DNA of 64,000 nt from an uncultured Christensenellaceae bacterium. Its GTDB lineage: Bacteria; Bacillota; Clostridia; Christensenellales; UBA3700. The DNA lies in assembly GCA_944376205.1 (NCBI GenBank), contig CALWBV010000001.1:54512-118511 (forward strand). The letters are read 5' to 3'. Below, piece by piece: positions 1 through 10,180 of the stretch. Position 1 is the stretch's first letter. The number at the start of each line of letters is the position of its first letter. Below the pieces are notes generated by a model. The model ran no database searches, was not told the origin of the DNA, and saw only the letters and a program-made list of their open reading frames with translations. The translations under genes were made by a program, and so were the position numbers.

Positions 1-37
1 TGATGCCAACCGGCATTCAATACGTCAATCAATTTGT

Positions 38-66
38 AACACCATTCTTTGAAAACTCATAGTATG
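38..66 (+). promoter_or_regulatory. Putative SigK/SigE-type mother-cell promoter for murG
   Basis: AACA(38-41)-N16-CATAGTATG(58-66) fits the B. subtilis SigK pattern mACm-N16-CATA-N3-T. Confidence 0.45.
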
Positions 67-130
67 ATTTAGACTTTTGATAAAAAATACGTTTTTACAA
101 ACACTATTAAAAATATTTCGGAGGTAGATT

Positions 131-1207
131 ATGAATATTGCTCTTACCGGCGGAGGCACAGCGGGACACGTCATGCCAAATATCGCATTATATGACGAAT
201 TACAAAAAAGATTCGATAATATCATATATATCGGCAACAGACAAAAAATCGAATACGACCTTTGCAATAAAAACAATATAGATTTTTTCGAATGTGAAAG
301 CATTAAGTTTGACAGGACTAAACTTTTTTCAAATCTTGCAATACCATTCAAAATGCCTGCCTTTATCCGTCAAGCGCAATCTATCCTCAAAAACAACTCT
401 ATTGATATAGTATTCTCTAAAGGCGGCTACGTGGCACTTCCTGTGGTATATGCCGCAAAAAGACTTAATATACCCGTAATTTGCCATGAAAGCGACTATT
501 CTATGGGAATCGCCAACAAACTTACGGCAAAATTCGCCAAAGGCATCATAACTTGTTTTAAAGAAACTTACCGCAAGTCAAACGTAACGACTTTTCCCAA
601 CCCCGTGCGCACGTCGTTTTTTGACGGCAATGCAAAAAACGTCTATCGCAAATTCAATCTCAACGCCTCAATCCCCGTGCTCCTCATTGTAGGCGGCTCA
701 ATGGGCGCAAAAGCCGTAAACGAGGCTATATACAAAGCAATCGAACCGCTTACGCAGCGCTATCAGGTAATTCATATTTGCGGCAACGCCTTGCAACCTC
801 TTGAACATAAAAACTATTATCAGCTTAAATTTGCCGACAATATTCAGGACTACATTGCCGCCGCAGACCTTATAGTATCGAGATGCGGAGCAGGAGCATC
901 GACTGAAATCAATGCAATGAATAAAAAAGCGTTGTATATCCCACTTGAAAACAAAGCGACAAGAGGCGATCAGGTACTCAATGCACAGTATCAGCAAGAC
1001 AACGGCTACGCACTTATGTTGCACGAAAAAGATCTCAATACCTTAACCATCGTCTCTATGCTCGACAAGCTTATGACTTTTGATAAAAAACCGTATTTCT
1101 ACGACCGCAACAACAACGCTAAAATCGCAGAATATATCTATTCTGTCGCAAAAGAATATTCACCGCTAAAATCAAACGATAAGATTGCAAGAGCGCTATC
1201 CTTGTAA
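131..1207 (+). CDS. murG: Undecaprenyldiphospho-muramoylpentapeptide N-acetylglucosaminyltransferase
   Basis: TGGGTAGHV, KGGYV, HESD, GGSMGA, SRCGA and DQVLNA motifs; GAGG SD. Confidence 0.93.
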   Translation: MNIALTGGGTAGHVMPNIALYDELQKRFDNIIYIGNRQKIEYDLCNKNNIDFFECESIKFDRTKLFSNLAIPFKMPAFIRQAQSILKNNSIDIVFSKGGYVALPVVYAAKRLNIPVICHESDYSMGIANKLTAKFAKGIITCFKETYRKSNVTTFPNPVRTSFFDGNAKNVYRKFNLNASIPVLLIVGGSMGAKAVNEAIYKAIEPLTQRYQVIHICGNALQPLEHKNYYQLKFADNIQDYIAAADLIVSRCGAGASTEINAMNKKALYIPLENKATRGDQVLNAQYQQDNGYALMLHEKDLNTLTIVSMLDKLMTFDKKPYFYDRNNNAKIAEYIYSVAKEYSPLKSNDKIARALSL

Positions 1208-1300
1208 TTTCTATCAGCCTATATCCGAATAATCGACATATATGCTAATTAATATACAAAACCTATCAGCTAAAGATCATATCAACGCATTTATTATACA

Positions 1301-1326
1301 AAAAGCGGCACTCTCATGCCGCTTTT
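1301..1326. terminator. Bidirectional intrinsic terminator
   Basis: AAAAGCGGCA-ctctca-TGCCGCTTTT between convergent genes. Confidence 0.8.
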
Positions 1327-1437
1327 ATTCTTTCCATATCAATACAAAATTTATTCTGCAAAAGACCTAATGAAAAGTCAAATTATATTCTAAATTCAGC
1401 ACACGCTTTTAAGATAATCGTATTCCTGCACATCTGC

Positions 1438-3087
1438 TTATTCTGCCGTTTTATTTGAAGAATCTTCTTTTTCGCTATCTTCTTGCAGTTTCTTAAAATC
1501 AACCTTGCCTATCTGCGTCAAAGGTAAATAGTCAACCTTTTTAACAACTCTGGGCACGCTGTATTTCAAAAGGTTAGCCCCTATATATTTCTTCAAATTT
1601 TCAATATAAGCATCGTCTGCGTTTACTCCGTCCTTTGTCATTATATAGAGTTTGAGATACGTTTTTCCGTCCTTTTCAGCCGATATTACACAACTTCTCA
1701 ATATTCCGTCATACTTATCGACATAGTCTTCGATCTCCTGCGGAAATACGTTTACTCCGCTTATTTTCACCATACGTTTGAGCCTGTCGACAAAATATAC
1801 GTATCCGTCTTCATCCATATAGCCTATATCGCCTGTTTTGAGCCATTTTTCACCTTTTGAATCGTAAAAAATCGTCTCTTTTGTCAATTCTTCATCATTA
1901 TAGTAACCCGTCATCATGCTGTTTGTAGACAACACCAACATGCCTTTTTGCATAGGCGGCAAGAAATTGTTATTCTCGTCCACAACGGCAAATTTATTGT
2001 TTTTCGTAGGCTTTCCGAGAGTACCTTCCTTATGAATATCCATGGTATTGACACAGCATATTCCGCCTTCCGTCAATCCGTAGCCGGCACAGAGTTTTAT
2101 AGGATTACCGCTTTTTGCCATAGCGTCTTCAAAGCCTTTTTTGATCGCATTCGAAAGTTTATCTCCTCCGCAATAACAGTTTTTAAGCTTTTTAAGATAT
2201 TTGCCCTTAAATTTGCCGCAATTCACCATTTTGGCATACATATTGGGTACTCCTGCGATATAGGTCACATTTCGTCTCTTAACAAGCTCGCAAGCCGCTT
2301 TCGGATTGAATTTCGGCATCATTATAGCTTGTCCGCCGCCTGAAATAACAGTATGCATGCATATTCCCAAGCCGTAGGTATGGAAAAGCGGCAAAACCAT
2401 AAGCATGCCGTCTTTATCGTCAACGCCGCCACCCACAAGATCAATGGTATTATCCGCCAAATGATTGAACGCCGCATTGCTGAGCATTACCGTCTTTGAC
2501 TTGCCGGTAGTACCTCCGCTGTGCATATATATAGCAATATCTTCGCCTTTTATATCCACATTTCGATACTCGTATTTTCCGATAGTATCCTTGAATTTGA
2601 CTATTCTCGAATCGAATTTAACATTCTTTTTAAAACGGTATGAATACATTTCATAAGGGATTTTGTACAGTGAAGGCAAATAATCGCTTGCCGCACACAA
2701 AATTACCGGCTTATCGCTATCCTTCAACCATTCGTATTTTTCAAAAAACTCGTCAAAAAGAATAAACGCTTTCGTATTCATATCATCGGCGATTTTTTTC
2801 AATGCCTGCGAGGGAATAAGCGGATGAACTATATTTGCCACAGCGCCTGTATTATTTATTGCATAAAAGCTCAATACAGCATCGGGAATATTGCCCAGGC
2901 ACAAAATCACATTGTCTCCTTTGCCGATTCCGAGATGTTGCAAATAACCGCTCAAACTCTCGATAGTATCTATAAACTCACCGAGTCTGATATATGCTCC
3001 GTAAAAACAAAGAGTCTTATTTGAACGAGGCAGACGCTTTGTTTCGTCTACCACGTATCTGAACATTGATTTATCGAATTTTGTCAT
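1438..3087 (-). CDS. Long-chain fatty acid--CoA ligase / class I adenylate-forming enzyme
   Basis: YMHSGGTTGKSK AMP-binding loop, GYGLTE, TGDIG, DRLKRMVKISG, GKVD. Confidence 0.9.
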   Translation of the reverse strand: MTKFDKSMFRYVVDETKRLPRSNKTLCFYGAYIRLGEFIDTIESLSGYLQHLGIGKGDNVILCLGNIPDAVLSFYAINNTGAVANIVHPLIPSQALKKIADDMNTKAFILFDEFFEKYEWLKDSDKPVILCAASDYLPSLYKIPYEMYSYRFKKNVKFDSRIVKFKDTIGKYEYRNVDIKGEDIAIYMHSGGTTGKSKTVMLSNAAFNHLADNTIDLVGGGVDDKDGMLMVLPLFHTYGLGICMHTVISGGGQAIMMPKFNPKAACELVKRRNVTYIAGVPNMYAKMVNCGKFKGKYLKKLKNCYCGGDKLSNAIKKGFEDAMAKSGNPIKLCAGYGLTEGGICCVNTMDIHKEGTLGKPTKNNKFAVVDENNNFLPPMQKGMLVLSTNSMMTGYYNDEELTKETIFYDSKGEKWLKTGDIGYMDEDGYVYFVDRLKRMVKISGVNVFPQEIEDYVDKYDGILRSCVISAEKDGKTYLKLYIMTKDGVNADDAYIENLKKYIGANLLKYSVPRVVKKVDYLPLTQIGKVDFKKLQEDSEKEDSSNKTAE

Positions 3088-3088
3088 T

Positions 3089-4075
3089 TCATTCCATTTT
3101 TGCTATCGCTTCGTCTGCACAAGCAAAATTAGTTCCTTTTCTGAAGTACAAATATTTGAGAAGTCTGTATATTCCGTAAGAAAGCATACTGCTGAATACT
3201 ACGTCCGACAAGAAATGCGCATCGTCGCAAATTCTCGATATCGCAGTAAGCACTACAAACAGAAAACAGCCTGCGTTGAGCACGTATAAAAGCCATTTTT
3301 TCTCTTTCCATTTAGGCAAGCACTCCCACAACGCACACAAGAGGAAAATATGCGTCGCCGAATTCGCATGACCCGAAGGGAAAGACTTATATTCATAATC
3401 GGGGCTAAGCTCGATTTTTGACGTATCAGGTGCATACCAAGGCGTAAAATAGCTGTAACCGTCGTTACCCAAAGCGTTTTCCTTGAGCATATCTCTGAAT
3501 CTCATTCTATGCCACAGCATCTTAAGCCCCTGATTAACGACCAAAGCAACAAGTAAATACGTAATAGCTAAAAGGGCAAACTTAAAGAGTCTGTATCTCG
3601 TCTCTTTTGGTATATATCTTCCGAGGAATACGCTCAAACATGCGCAAATCACAGAAACGATGCCCATTACTATATAAAAAGCAATTCCGTCAAAGCCTGC
3701 CTCATTGATCATATCGATAACTTCACTCTTAAAGCACAATATGATCCAACCGCCGAAAGTCAACACGACCATAGCTATTTTGAAAAGCGTTCTGTATTTT
3801 TTTTCAATCAGATCGCTGCAATAAAATAGCATAGGTCCGAATATCGGCAAGATAACGTACGCAGGATACTCTGCAATAATAGAAAATAAAGTTGCAAAAG
3901 CCGTCTTTGCCCAGTTTCCGTTGATGGATTTAGAAAGGGCTTTATTTATTAAAAGGTCATAATACTCGCCGTTGCTATTCTTAAAAGCAAGGAAAACCAA
4001 CAGCGCTACCGCCACAGCAATCACAACGCTGTGCAATACGACAGATATTATTTTGTCTCTTTTTTGTTGTTCCAT
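3089..4075 (-). CDS. PAP2-family membrane phosphatase
   Basis: Multiple TM segments; KMLWHRMR, SFPSGH and SRICDDAHFLSDV PAP2 motifs. Confidence 0.88.
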   Translation of the reverse strand: MEQQKRDKIISVVLHSVVIAVAVALLVFLAFKNSNGEYYDLLINKALSKSINGNWAKTAFATLFSIIAEYPAYVILPIFGPMLFYCSDLIEKKYRTLFKIAMVVLTFGGWIILCFKSEVIDMINEAGFDGIAFYIVMGIVSVICACLSVFLGRYIPKETRYRLFKFALLAITYLLVALVVNQGLKMLWHRMRFRDMLKENALGNDGYSYFTPWYAPDTSKIELSPDYEYKSFPSGHANSATHIFLLCALWECLPKWKEKKWLLYVLNAGCFLFVVLTAISRICDDAHFLSDVVFSSMLSYGIYRLLKYLYFRKGTNFACADEAIAKME

Positions 4076-4302
4076 ATTAATCCCCTTGGAAAACTCTTTT
4101 TAATATTGTACAATATTTAATGCTTGTTTGCAATACGTTTTTTATATTTATATATAAATAAAAAGAAGATTATGACGAACTTTGACGATATATCGCTCAT
4201 CGACAACGCAAATCACCGCAAAACCACTTGTTTTTAGCGGTTGTAAACACTCTTTTTTAATATTGTCAAAAATATATTCAAGCATAACAAAGATGCGACA
4301 TT

Positions 4303-4330
4303 AAAAAAAGGAAGCTTATGCTTCCTTTTT
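4303..4330 (-). terminator. Intrinsic terminator
   Basis: AAAAAAAGGAAGC-ttat-GCTTCCTTTTT just past the 4346 stop. Confidence 0.8.
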
Positions 4331-4345
4331 ATAAATATGTACAAA

Positions 4346-5374
4346 TTATTGTTGCATTGATTTTATCATAGTAAGCTTATCTGCGGCGCTGTCTCCGTAA
4401 GGCTTGATATACAACGCATTCGAATCGTAAAACATATCCTCAAAATTAGCTATACTATATCCCTCCTCGCTTGAATCGTAAGAGAATTGCACTTCCGTAT
4501 CGAGCGTTACGGTACTGTTGATAAGACCGCCGAGCTTCATATTGTAAGCTTCTGTGATAAACATATTACGAAGCATACCGTTTTCCCACAGCACAACTCT
4601 TATTCTCAACTGCAAAAACTCTATTTTTTCAACCTTCATATTCGCATTTGCTTCGAGTTGTTGTTTCATTGTCTTGACATATTCAGTCGTAGCCTTGTCA
4701 GGATTGAATATCAACGAAAATCTGTAAGTCTTTGTGTCTTCGTCGTATATCGGGTCTGAATATTCAACAACGTTTTCTTCAGAGGTATCGTACATCCATA
4801 TCATAGTAGGATTGTTGGCTTTTTTGCTTACGTAATCTTCAATATTCTTAAAGTCCGTAGAAATACCGTTCCAAGACTTGATATCAATAGTATCGTTTCG
4901 CCTGTTATACTTGGTATTGGCATTGCGATAGTAAATCGTATCGTCCTTTATAATAGTCTTTTCATAAAGGCTTGCGGCAGAGGAATAAGAGATACTGTCC
5001 GCATAATACGAAGCATTGTTTGAGTTGAGTCCTTGAGAATCGCCTTTACCGACTCTTATTCTCGCAACGTCGACGACTTGCGAAGTCTTGACAGCGCTAA
5101 CTCTCGTAAGAGCCGTGCCGTATTGTTGACTTATGACAAAATCCGTATCGTAGTAATTAGCAATTGCCGTGCTGAACATTTCATAGGTAGACATGTCTTC
5201 ATTGACGGGATTAGGCTCCGTCCATGCAGGCATATTCTTTCCTATATTCATATCAATAATATCAAAATCCTCGACGGTAAGTTTTTCAACTTTATTACTG
5301 CAACCGCCAAGCGTTGTAATCATTACAGCCAATACCATAGCTATTTCTATAAAGGCGAGCAAAAACTTTCTCAT
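4346..5374 (-). CDS. Hypothetical lipoprotein (paralog of 5850..6839)
   Basis: Signal peptide with lipobox LGGC; AGGAG SD; shares many motifs with the neighbouring gene. Confidence 0.8.
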   Translation of the reverse strand: MRKFLLAFIEIAMVLAVMITTLGGCSNKVEKLTVEDFDIIDMNIGKNMPAWTEPNPVNEDMSTYEMFSTAIANYYDTDFVISQQYGTALTRVSAVKTSQVVDVARIRVGKGDSQGLNSNNASYYADSISYSSAASLYEKTIIKDDTIYYRNANTKYNRRNDTIDIKSWNGISTDFKNIEDYVSKKANNPTMIWMYDTSEENVVEYSDPIYDEDTKTYRFSLIFNPDKATTEYVKTMKQQLEANANMKVEKIEFLQLRIRVVLWENGMLRNMFITEAYNMKLGGLINSTVTLDTEVQFSYDSSEEGYSIANFEDMFYDSNALYIKPYGDSAADKLTMIKSMQQ

Positions 5375-5800
5375 AGTTTTCTCCTGACAGATATATTTAG
5401 TTTTTCACTCCCGTATTTCAGCGAACCGATCGCTTTTTACAAACCCTTTGTAAATGTAATATCTATGTAAAATCCTTATACATTGTACAATATAAAAAAC
5501 AAATTTTCAATACTTTTTAAGGCAAAATCATGCAAAATTTTCAAAACGCCAAAATTCCTTTAATCATTTTTTAAGAAAACTGAATTTTAATAGGCATTTT
5601 ATTACTTTAATAAGTAAAATAACATTAAAATGAATACTAAAATGAATATAAATGTTTGAATGATTGTCACAGTAGTGCAAAAAAATCAGAACATAACAGC
5701 TATTTCAAAAGCACGTTGTCATGTCGGAAATTCAATTTTACTATTAAATAAATCTTCGGCTATCACTTATAATACGTTTTCCGCCGCATAAATTTTAATA

Positions 5801-5829
5801 AAAAAAGAGGAGAGAAAACTCTCCTCTTT
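5801..5829 (-). terminator. Intrinsic terminator
   Basis: AAAAAAGAGGAGAG-aaaa-CTCTCCTCTTT. Confidence 0.8.
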
Positions 5830-5849
5830 ATATTTACGGTTTCTGATGA

Positions 5850-6839
5850 TTAAGCTTCTGTGTAAGGCTTTGTATAAGTCTTATCGTCGCTGTCGATAGA
5901 TGCGATATTCTTGTCGATATCATAGCCTGCTTCGTTAGGATCGAAGGAGTACTGAACATCGGAGTTAAGAGTAATAACGCTATCGATAACTCCTGCAAGC
6001 TTCATCTGGTAAGACTCGGTGATGTACATATTTCTGATCATACCGTTTTCCCAAAGAACTACACGCAATCTGAGCTGCAAGAATTCAAGACCTTCAACCT
6101 TCATGCCTGCGTTTACTTCGAGCTGCTGCTGCATGGTCTTCTTATATTCGACAGTAGACTTTTCAGGATCAAAGATTATAGCGAATCTGTAAGTCTTTGT
6201 AGCTTCGTCATATTTAGGATCCGACTTTTCCTGGATAAAATCTTCCTGCAAATCATACATCCACAAAATTGTAGGGTTGTTGGACTTTTTAGCTGTAAAA
6301 TCTGCTACATCTTCAAAATTTGTGTCGATGCCGTTCCAGCTCTTAATTTCAACAGTATCCTGTCTTCTTCTATACTTCGTGTCTGCGTTTCTGTACTTGA
6401 TAGTATCGGGCGTGATAACAATCTTTTCGTAAAGACTTGCAAACTGTGAATAAGAAATACTGTCTGCGAAGTATTTAGCGCCGTTTGCATTGTTGCCGTT
6501 TGCATCGCCCTTACCGCTTCTGATCTTTGCAGCGTCTACCATCTGAGTAACCTTGATAGGTCCGATAGATGTAACAACTGAACCGAGAAGCTGGGAAATA
6601 GCATATTCAGCATTATAATAGTTGGCTACTGCGGTCTGAAGCATCTCATAGCTTGACATAGAAGAATCAAGAGGCGTAGCACCTTCGACCGTAGGCATTT
6701 CCTTACCGATATTCATTTCGATGATTTCGAAATCGTCAACCGTCAAAGGAGGAAGGTCGGGAGCACATCCTGCAAAAGCACAGAGAGCAACTGTAACCAT
6801 CATTACGATAACTACAATAGAAATCAAAACTTTTTTCAT
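5850..6839 (-). CDS. Hypothetical lipoprotein (paralog of 4346..5374)
   Basis: Start reassigned to MKKVLIS at 6839 (GAGGAG SD); lipobox FAGC. Confidence 0.82.
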   Translation of the reverse strand: MKKVLISIVVIVMMVTVALCAFAGCAPDLPPLTVDDFEIIEMNIGKEMPTVEGATPLDSSMSSYEMLQTAVANYYNAEYAISQLLGSVVTSIGPIKVTQMVDAAKIRSGKGDANGNNANGAKYFADSISYSQFASLYEKIVITPDTIKYRNADTKYRRRQDTVEIKSWNGIDTNFEDVADFTAKKSNNPTILWMYDLQEDFIQEKSDPKYDEATKTYRFAIIFDPEKSTVEYKKTMQQQLEVNAGMKVEGLEFLQLRLRVVLWENGMIRNMYITESYQMKLAGVIDSVITLNSDVQYSFDPNEAGYDIDKNIASIDSDDKTYTKPYTEA

Positions 6840-7315
6840 AGTTTTCTCCTCAAAATTGTTTTTACTATAACTATAATATCTCAATTTTTCGGGTATGGCA
6901 AGTAAATTCATATTATTTTTACAATTTTACTTTTCATATATTTTACATTACAACAATACAGACATTTTTCAGATATATCGACCGAAGCAACGCAATATTA
7001 TAAGGATAAGAATATAATAATGACTTTTTAATAATAACCTCGCTGTCTGTCGTATAAAAAGTTCTTGTAATTTTTTCAATATACGCTTGATTGATATACT
7101 GCCCGATATATCCTTTCTTTTCAAGCGCAAATTCAGTTCACCGTCATATTCTCCGACAAAATTCTTCTTTTTTATATATAAATACTTATTGTTACATATG
7201 TCCGAATAAAAAATATATTGACAATAACGCTATCGAGAATATATAATATCTTTGTTAATTTATAAACGTAATTTTACGTTTCCAAAATTCAAAAATATTA
7301 AGGACGGATTATTTT

Positions 7316-8221
7316 ATGAAAATTATGATCACCGCAGAGGCAACAAGCGATTTGCCCGAGAGCCTCGTTACCCCCAATATCACGATATTCCCTATGGGAT
7401 ATACCGTCAAAGGAAAAGCGTATGACGGTGTAGAAACAAAACTTACCCCCAAAGAATTCTACGACATCTGTCGCACGGCAAAGACAAAAGAAGATTTGCC
7501 CCAGACCACTATGATAACGGCTTATCAGGCAGAAGAATATTTCCGCCCCATTCTCAAAGCGGGCTATGACGTAATCCATATCGGATTTACCAAGGCTTTG
7601 AGCGGCACATATGACCAGATGTGTATGGCGGCAGAAACCATGCGCAAGGAATTCCCCGACCGAAAAATCACCGTTATCGAATCTTATGCGGCATCATTCG
7701 TACAGGGACTTTTAGTATATCTCGTCGATCAAAAACTTCAGGAAGGCGCAAGCTATGACGAACTTGTCGACTATGCCAACGAGATAAAGCATCACTGCGG
7801 CGGATATTTCACCATCGACGATATGAAACATCTTTACCGCACAGGCAGAGCTTCGAAGACCCAGGCATTCCTCGGAGATGCGCTTCAGATCAAGCCTATA
7901 CTCTACATCAACAAAGTAGGCAAACTCGTTCCCGTAAGCAAACAGATCTCTCATAAAAAAGCTATGAAAACCATGCTCGAGTATTACGATAAGCAAGCTT
8001 TGCCCGCAGAGGAGCAAAAGCTTGTAGGTATCGTACATGCCGATGCAACCGAAGATGCTCTTATGATTGAAAAAATCATCAAAGAGAAATACGGCGTAAA
8101 AAACACAATGCTTGTTGACGTCGGTCCCGTAATCGGTTCACACGTAGGCGCAGGCATGGTAGCTTTTGTTGCTTTGCTCAAAGAAAAAGTTGAGCCCAAC
8201 GACAAGTCGATACAAGAATAA
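7316..8221 (+). CDS. DegV family fatty-acid-binding protein (FakB-like)
   Basis: ITAEATSDLP, ALSGTY, LYRTGR, LQIKPIL, GPVIGSHVGAG motifs. Confidence 0.92.
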   Translation: MKIMITAEATSDLPESLVTPNITIFPMGYTVKGKAYDGVETKLTPKEFYDICRTAKTKEDLPQTTMITAYQAEEYFRPILKAGYDVIHIGFTKALSGTYDQMCMAAETMRKEFPDRKITVIESYAASFVQGLLVYLVDQKLQEGASYDELVDYANEIKHHCGGYFTIDDMKHLYRTGRASKTQAFLGDALQIKPILYINKVGKLVPVSKQISHKKAMKTMLEYYDKQALPAEEQKLVGIVHADATEDALMIEKIIKEKYGVKNTMLVDVGPVIGSHVGAGMVAFVALLKEKVEPNDKSIQE

Positions 8222-8244
8222 CTATAAATTAAAAAAGAGTTGAT

Positions 8245-8270
8245 AAAAGTCCGCCAAAAGCGGACTTTTT
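8245..8270 (+). terminator. Intrinsic terminator
   Basis: AAAAGTCCGC-caaaa-GCGGACTTTTT. Confidence 0.8.
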
Positions 8271-8456
8271 CAATTTATGCCGATATTAAGAAGCGTCGGG
8301 ATCATATCTCTTACAAAATGATTCCTGTGTGATACGAATTATAATGTATCGCAAACATTTATAAACAACACCCACCCCTTCACTCTGCCCCGCCTATAAA
8401 AAAGAGCCTGCTATCGCAAGCTCTTTTAATTATTTATTATCAATAATAGATAGCCA

Positions 8457-9512
8457 TTATTTAACTTCGGTTACCCAGCCGAATTCATCGGGATATCTCT
8501 CGGACTGAATACCCGTGATTTTGTCATAAAGGAAGGAAGTGATCTCACCCATCTTTCCGTCGTTTACAACCATATCTTTGCCTTGATAGGTAATGAGTCC
8601 TACGGGAGATATTACAGCAGCGGTACCCGAACCGAAACATTCTTTAAGTTCGCCTTTGTCGTATGCGGCAACTATCTCATCCATAGAAATTCTTCTTTCG
8701 CTTATCTTGTAACCGTACTTTTTAAGAACCTGTATGCAGGAATTTCTCGTGATACCGGGAAGAATGCTGCCTACGAGTTGAGGAGTTACGACTTCGTCTC
8801 CGATAACGAAGAAGATGTTCATAGATCCGACTTCTTCGACATACTTGTGTTCTTTAGCGTCCAACCAAAGAGCCTGATCGTAACCCTTTTTGTTGGCAAG
8901 TTCGCCGCCCATGAGAGAAGCTGCATAGTTACCCATACATTTAGCTTCGCCCGTACCGCCGATAGCCGTTCTTACATAATGTTCTTCGACGAGAATCTTT
9001 GTAGGTTGAAGTCCGTGTGCATAATATGAACCTACGGGAGAAAGAATAATAAAGAATCTGTACTTATGGCTTGCATGTACGCCGAGAACTTCTTCGTTGG
9101 CGATCATTGTAGGTCTGATATAGAGGGCTGTACCGGGTTCGGTAGGTATCCAATCTTTTTCGAGTTTGAGAAGTTCAAACAAAGCCGCTTTGACCACTTT
9201 TGCGTCAAAAGTAGGCATGCACATACGAGTAGCAGAATTGTTCATACGAATGAAATTGTCGTCGATTCTGAATACTGTAATCTTGCCTTCTTTGGTCCTG
9301 TAGGCTTTTGCGCCCTCGAAAATACCCTGTGCGTAATGAAGCACGTTTGTAGCGGGATACATTTCAAAAGGTGCATAAGGCACGATTTCGGGTTCTTTCC
9401 ATGCGCCGTTTTCATAATCCATAACGAGCATGTGGTCGGTAAAATATTTACCGAAACCGAGCTTTGAAGAATCGGGTTTTTGCTTAGGGTTGGTTGTTAA
9501 AGTAACGTTCAT
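8457..9512 (-). CDS. ilvE: Branched-chain amino acid aminotransferase
   Basis: LGFGKYFTDHM, LHYAQGIFEG, LYIRP, KCMGNYAAS, EEVGSMN, ILPGITR, GTAAVISP. Confidence 0.96.
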   Translation of the reverse strand: MNVTLTTNPKQKPDSSKLGFGKYFTDHMLVMDYENGAWKEPEIVPYAPFEMYPATNVLHYAQGIFEGAKAYRTKEGKITVFRIDDNFIRMNNSATRMCMPTFDAKVVKAALFELLKLEKDWIPTEPGTALYIRPTMIANEEVLGVHASHKYRFFIILSPVGSYYAHGLQPTKILVEEHYVRTAIGGTGEAKCMGNYAASLMGGELANKKGYDQALWLDAKEHKYVEEVGSMNIFFVIGDEVVTPQLVGSILPGITRNSCIQVLKKYGYKISERRISMDEIVAAYDKGELKECFGSGTAAVISPVGLITYQGKDMVVNDGKMGEITSFLYDKITGIQSERYPDEFGWVTEVK

Positions 9513-9550
9513 TTTTCACCTCATATATTCACCAAGCAAGCTGTTTGGCA

Positions 9551-10180
9551 TTATCTGAATTTATGATATTTTTGTTCTATCAAAGATATTTTCGCCTTAT
9601 CCAAAGACATATCGACTATGCTCAAGCAAAACTTTTCGCCGTTTTCTCTGGGCAGTGCAATCGTGAGCATAACGTCATTGCCGTATTGTCTGGCAAGTAT
9701 CTCTCCCTCCAACGAAATCGCACAATCCTCGACTTTTTTGTAAAGTCCGTAAGATATCGTGACTTCGTATATGTTTGCAGGTCTGTTTTTTACAAGCCTT
9801 GCTTTATCGAGCGCCTCCGCCACTGACGAAGAATAAGCGCTTACCAATCCGTTGGCGCCGAGTTTAATTCCGCCGAAATATCTCGTAACCACTGCCAACG
9901 TCATATATACATTACGTTTTTTCAGCACTTCCAGCATAGGTATACCTGCCGTGCCCTGCGGCTCCCCGTCATCGCCGAATCGTTGTTCGGTCGCTTGAAA
10001 ATTGGAGATGAAAGCATAGCAGTTATGCGTGGCGTCAGAATATTTTTTGCTTATTTGTTTATATTTTTCTATCGCATCGTCGTAATTGTCAATCGGCACA
10101 AGCGTTGTGATAAAGCGTGATTTATTGATTACGACCGTATTTTCCGACAGCTCCGTAACGCAAAAAAACATCTCGTGCAT
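9551..10180 (-). CDS. yigZ: YigZ/IMPACT family protein
   Basis: KSRFI, ATHNCYA, DDGEPQGTAG, VVTRYFGGIKLG; start overlaps the tyrS stop (TAATG). Confidence 0.92.
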   Translation of the reverse strand: MHEMFFCVTELSENTVVINKSRFITTLVPIDNYDDAIEKYKQISKKYSDATHNCYAFISNFQATEQRFGDDGEPQGTAGIPMLEVLKKRNVYMTLAVVTRYFGGIKLGANGLVSAYSSSVAEALDKARLVKNRPANIYEVTISYGLYKKVEDCAISLEGEILARQYGNDVMLTIALPRENGEKFCLSIVDMSLDKAKISLIEQKYHKFR

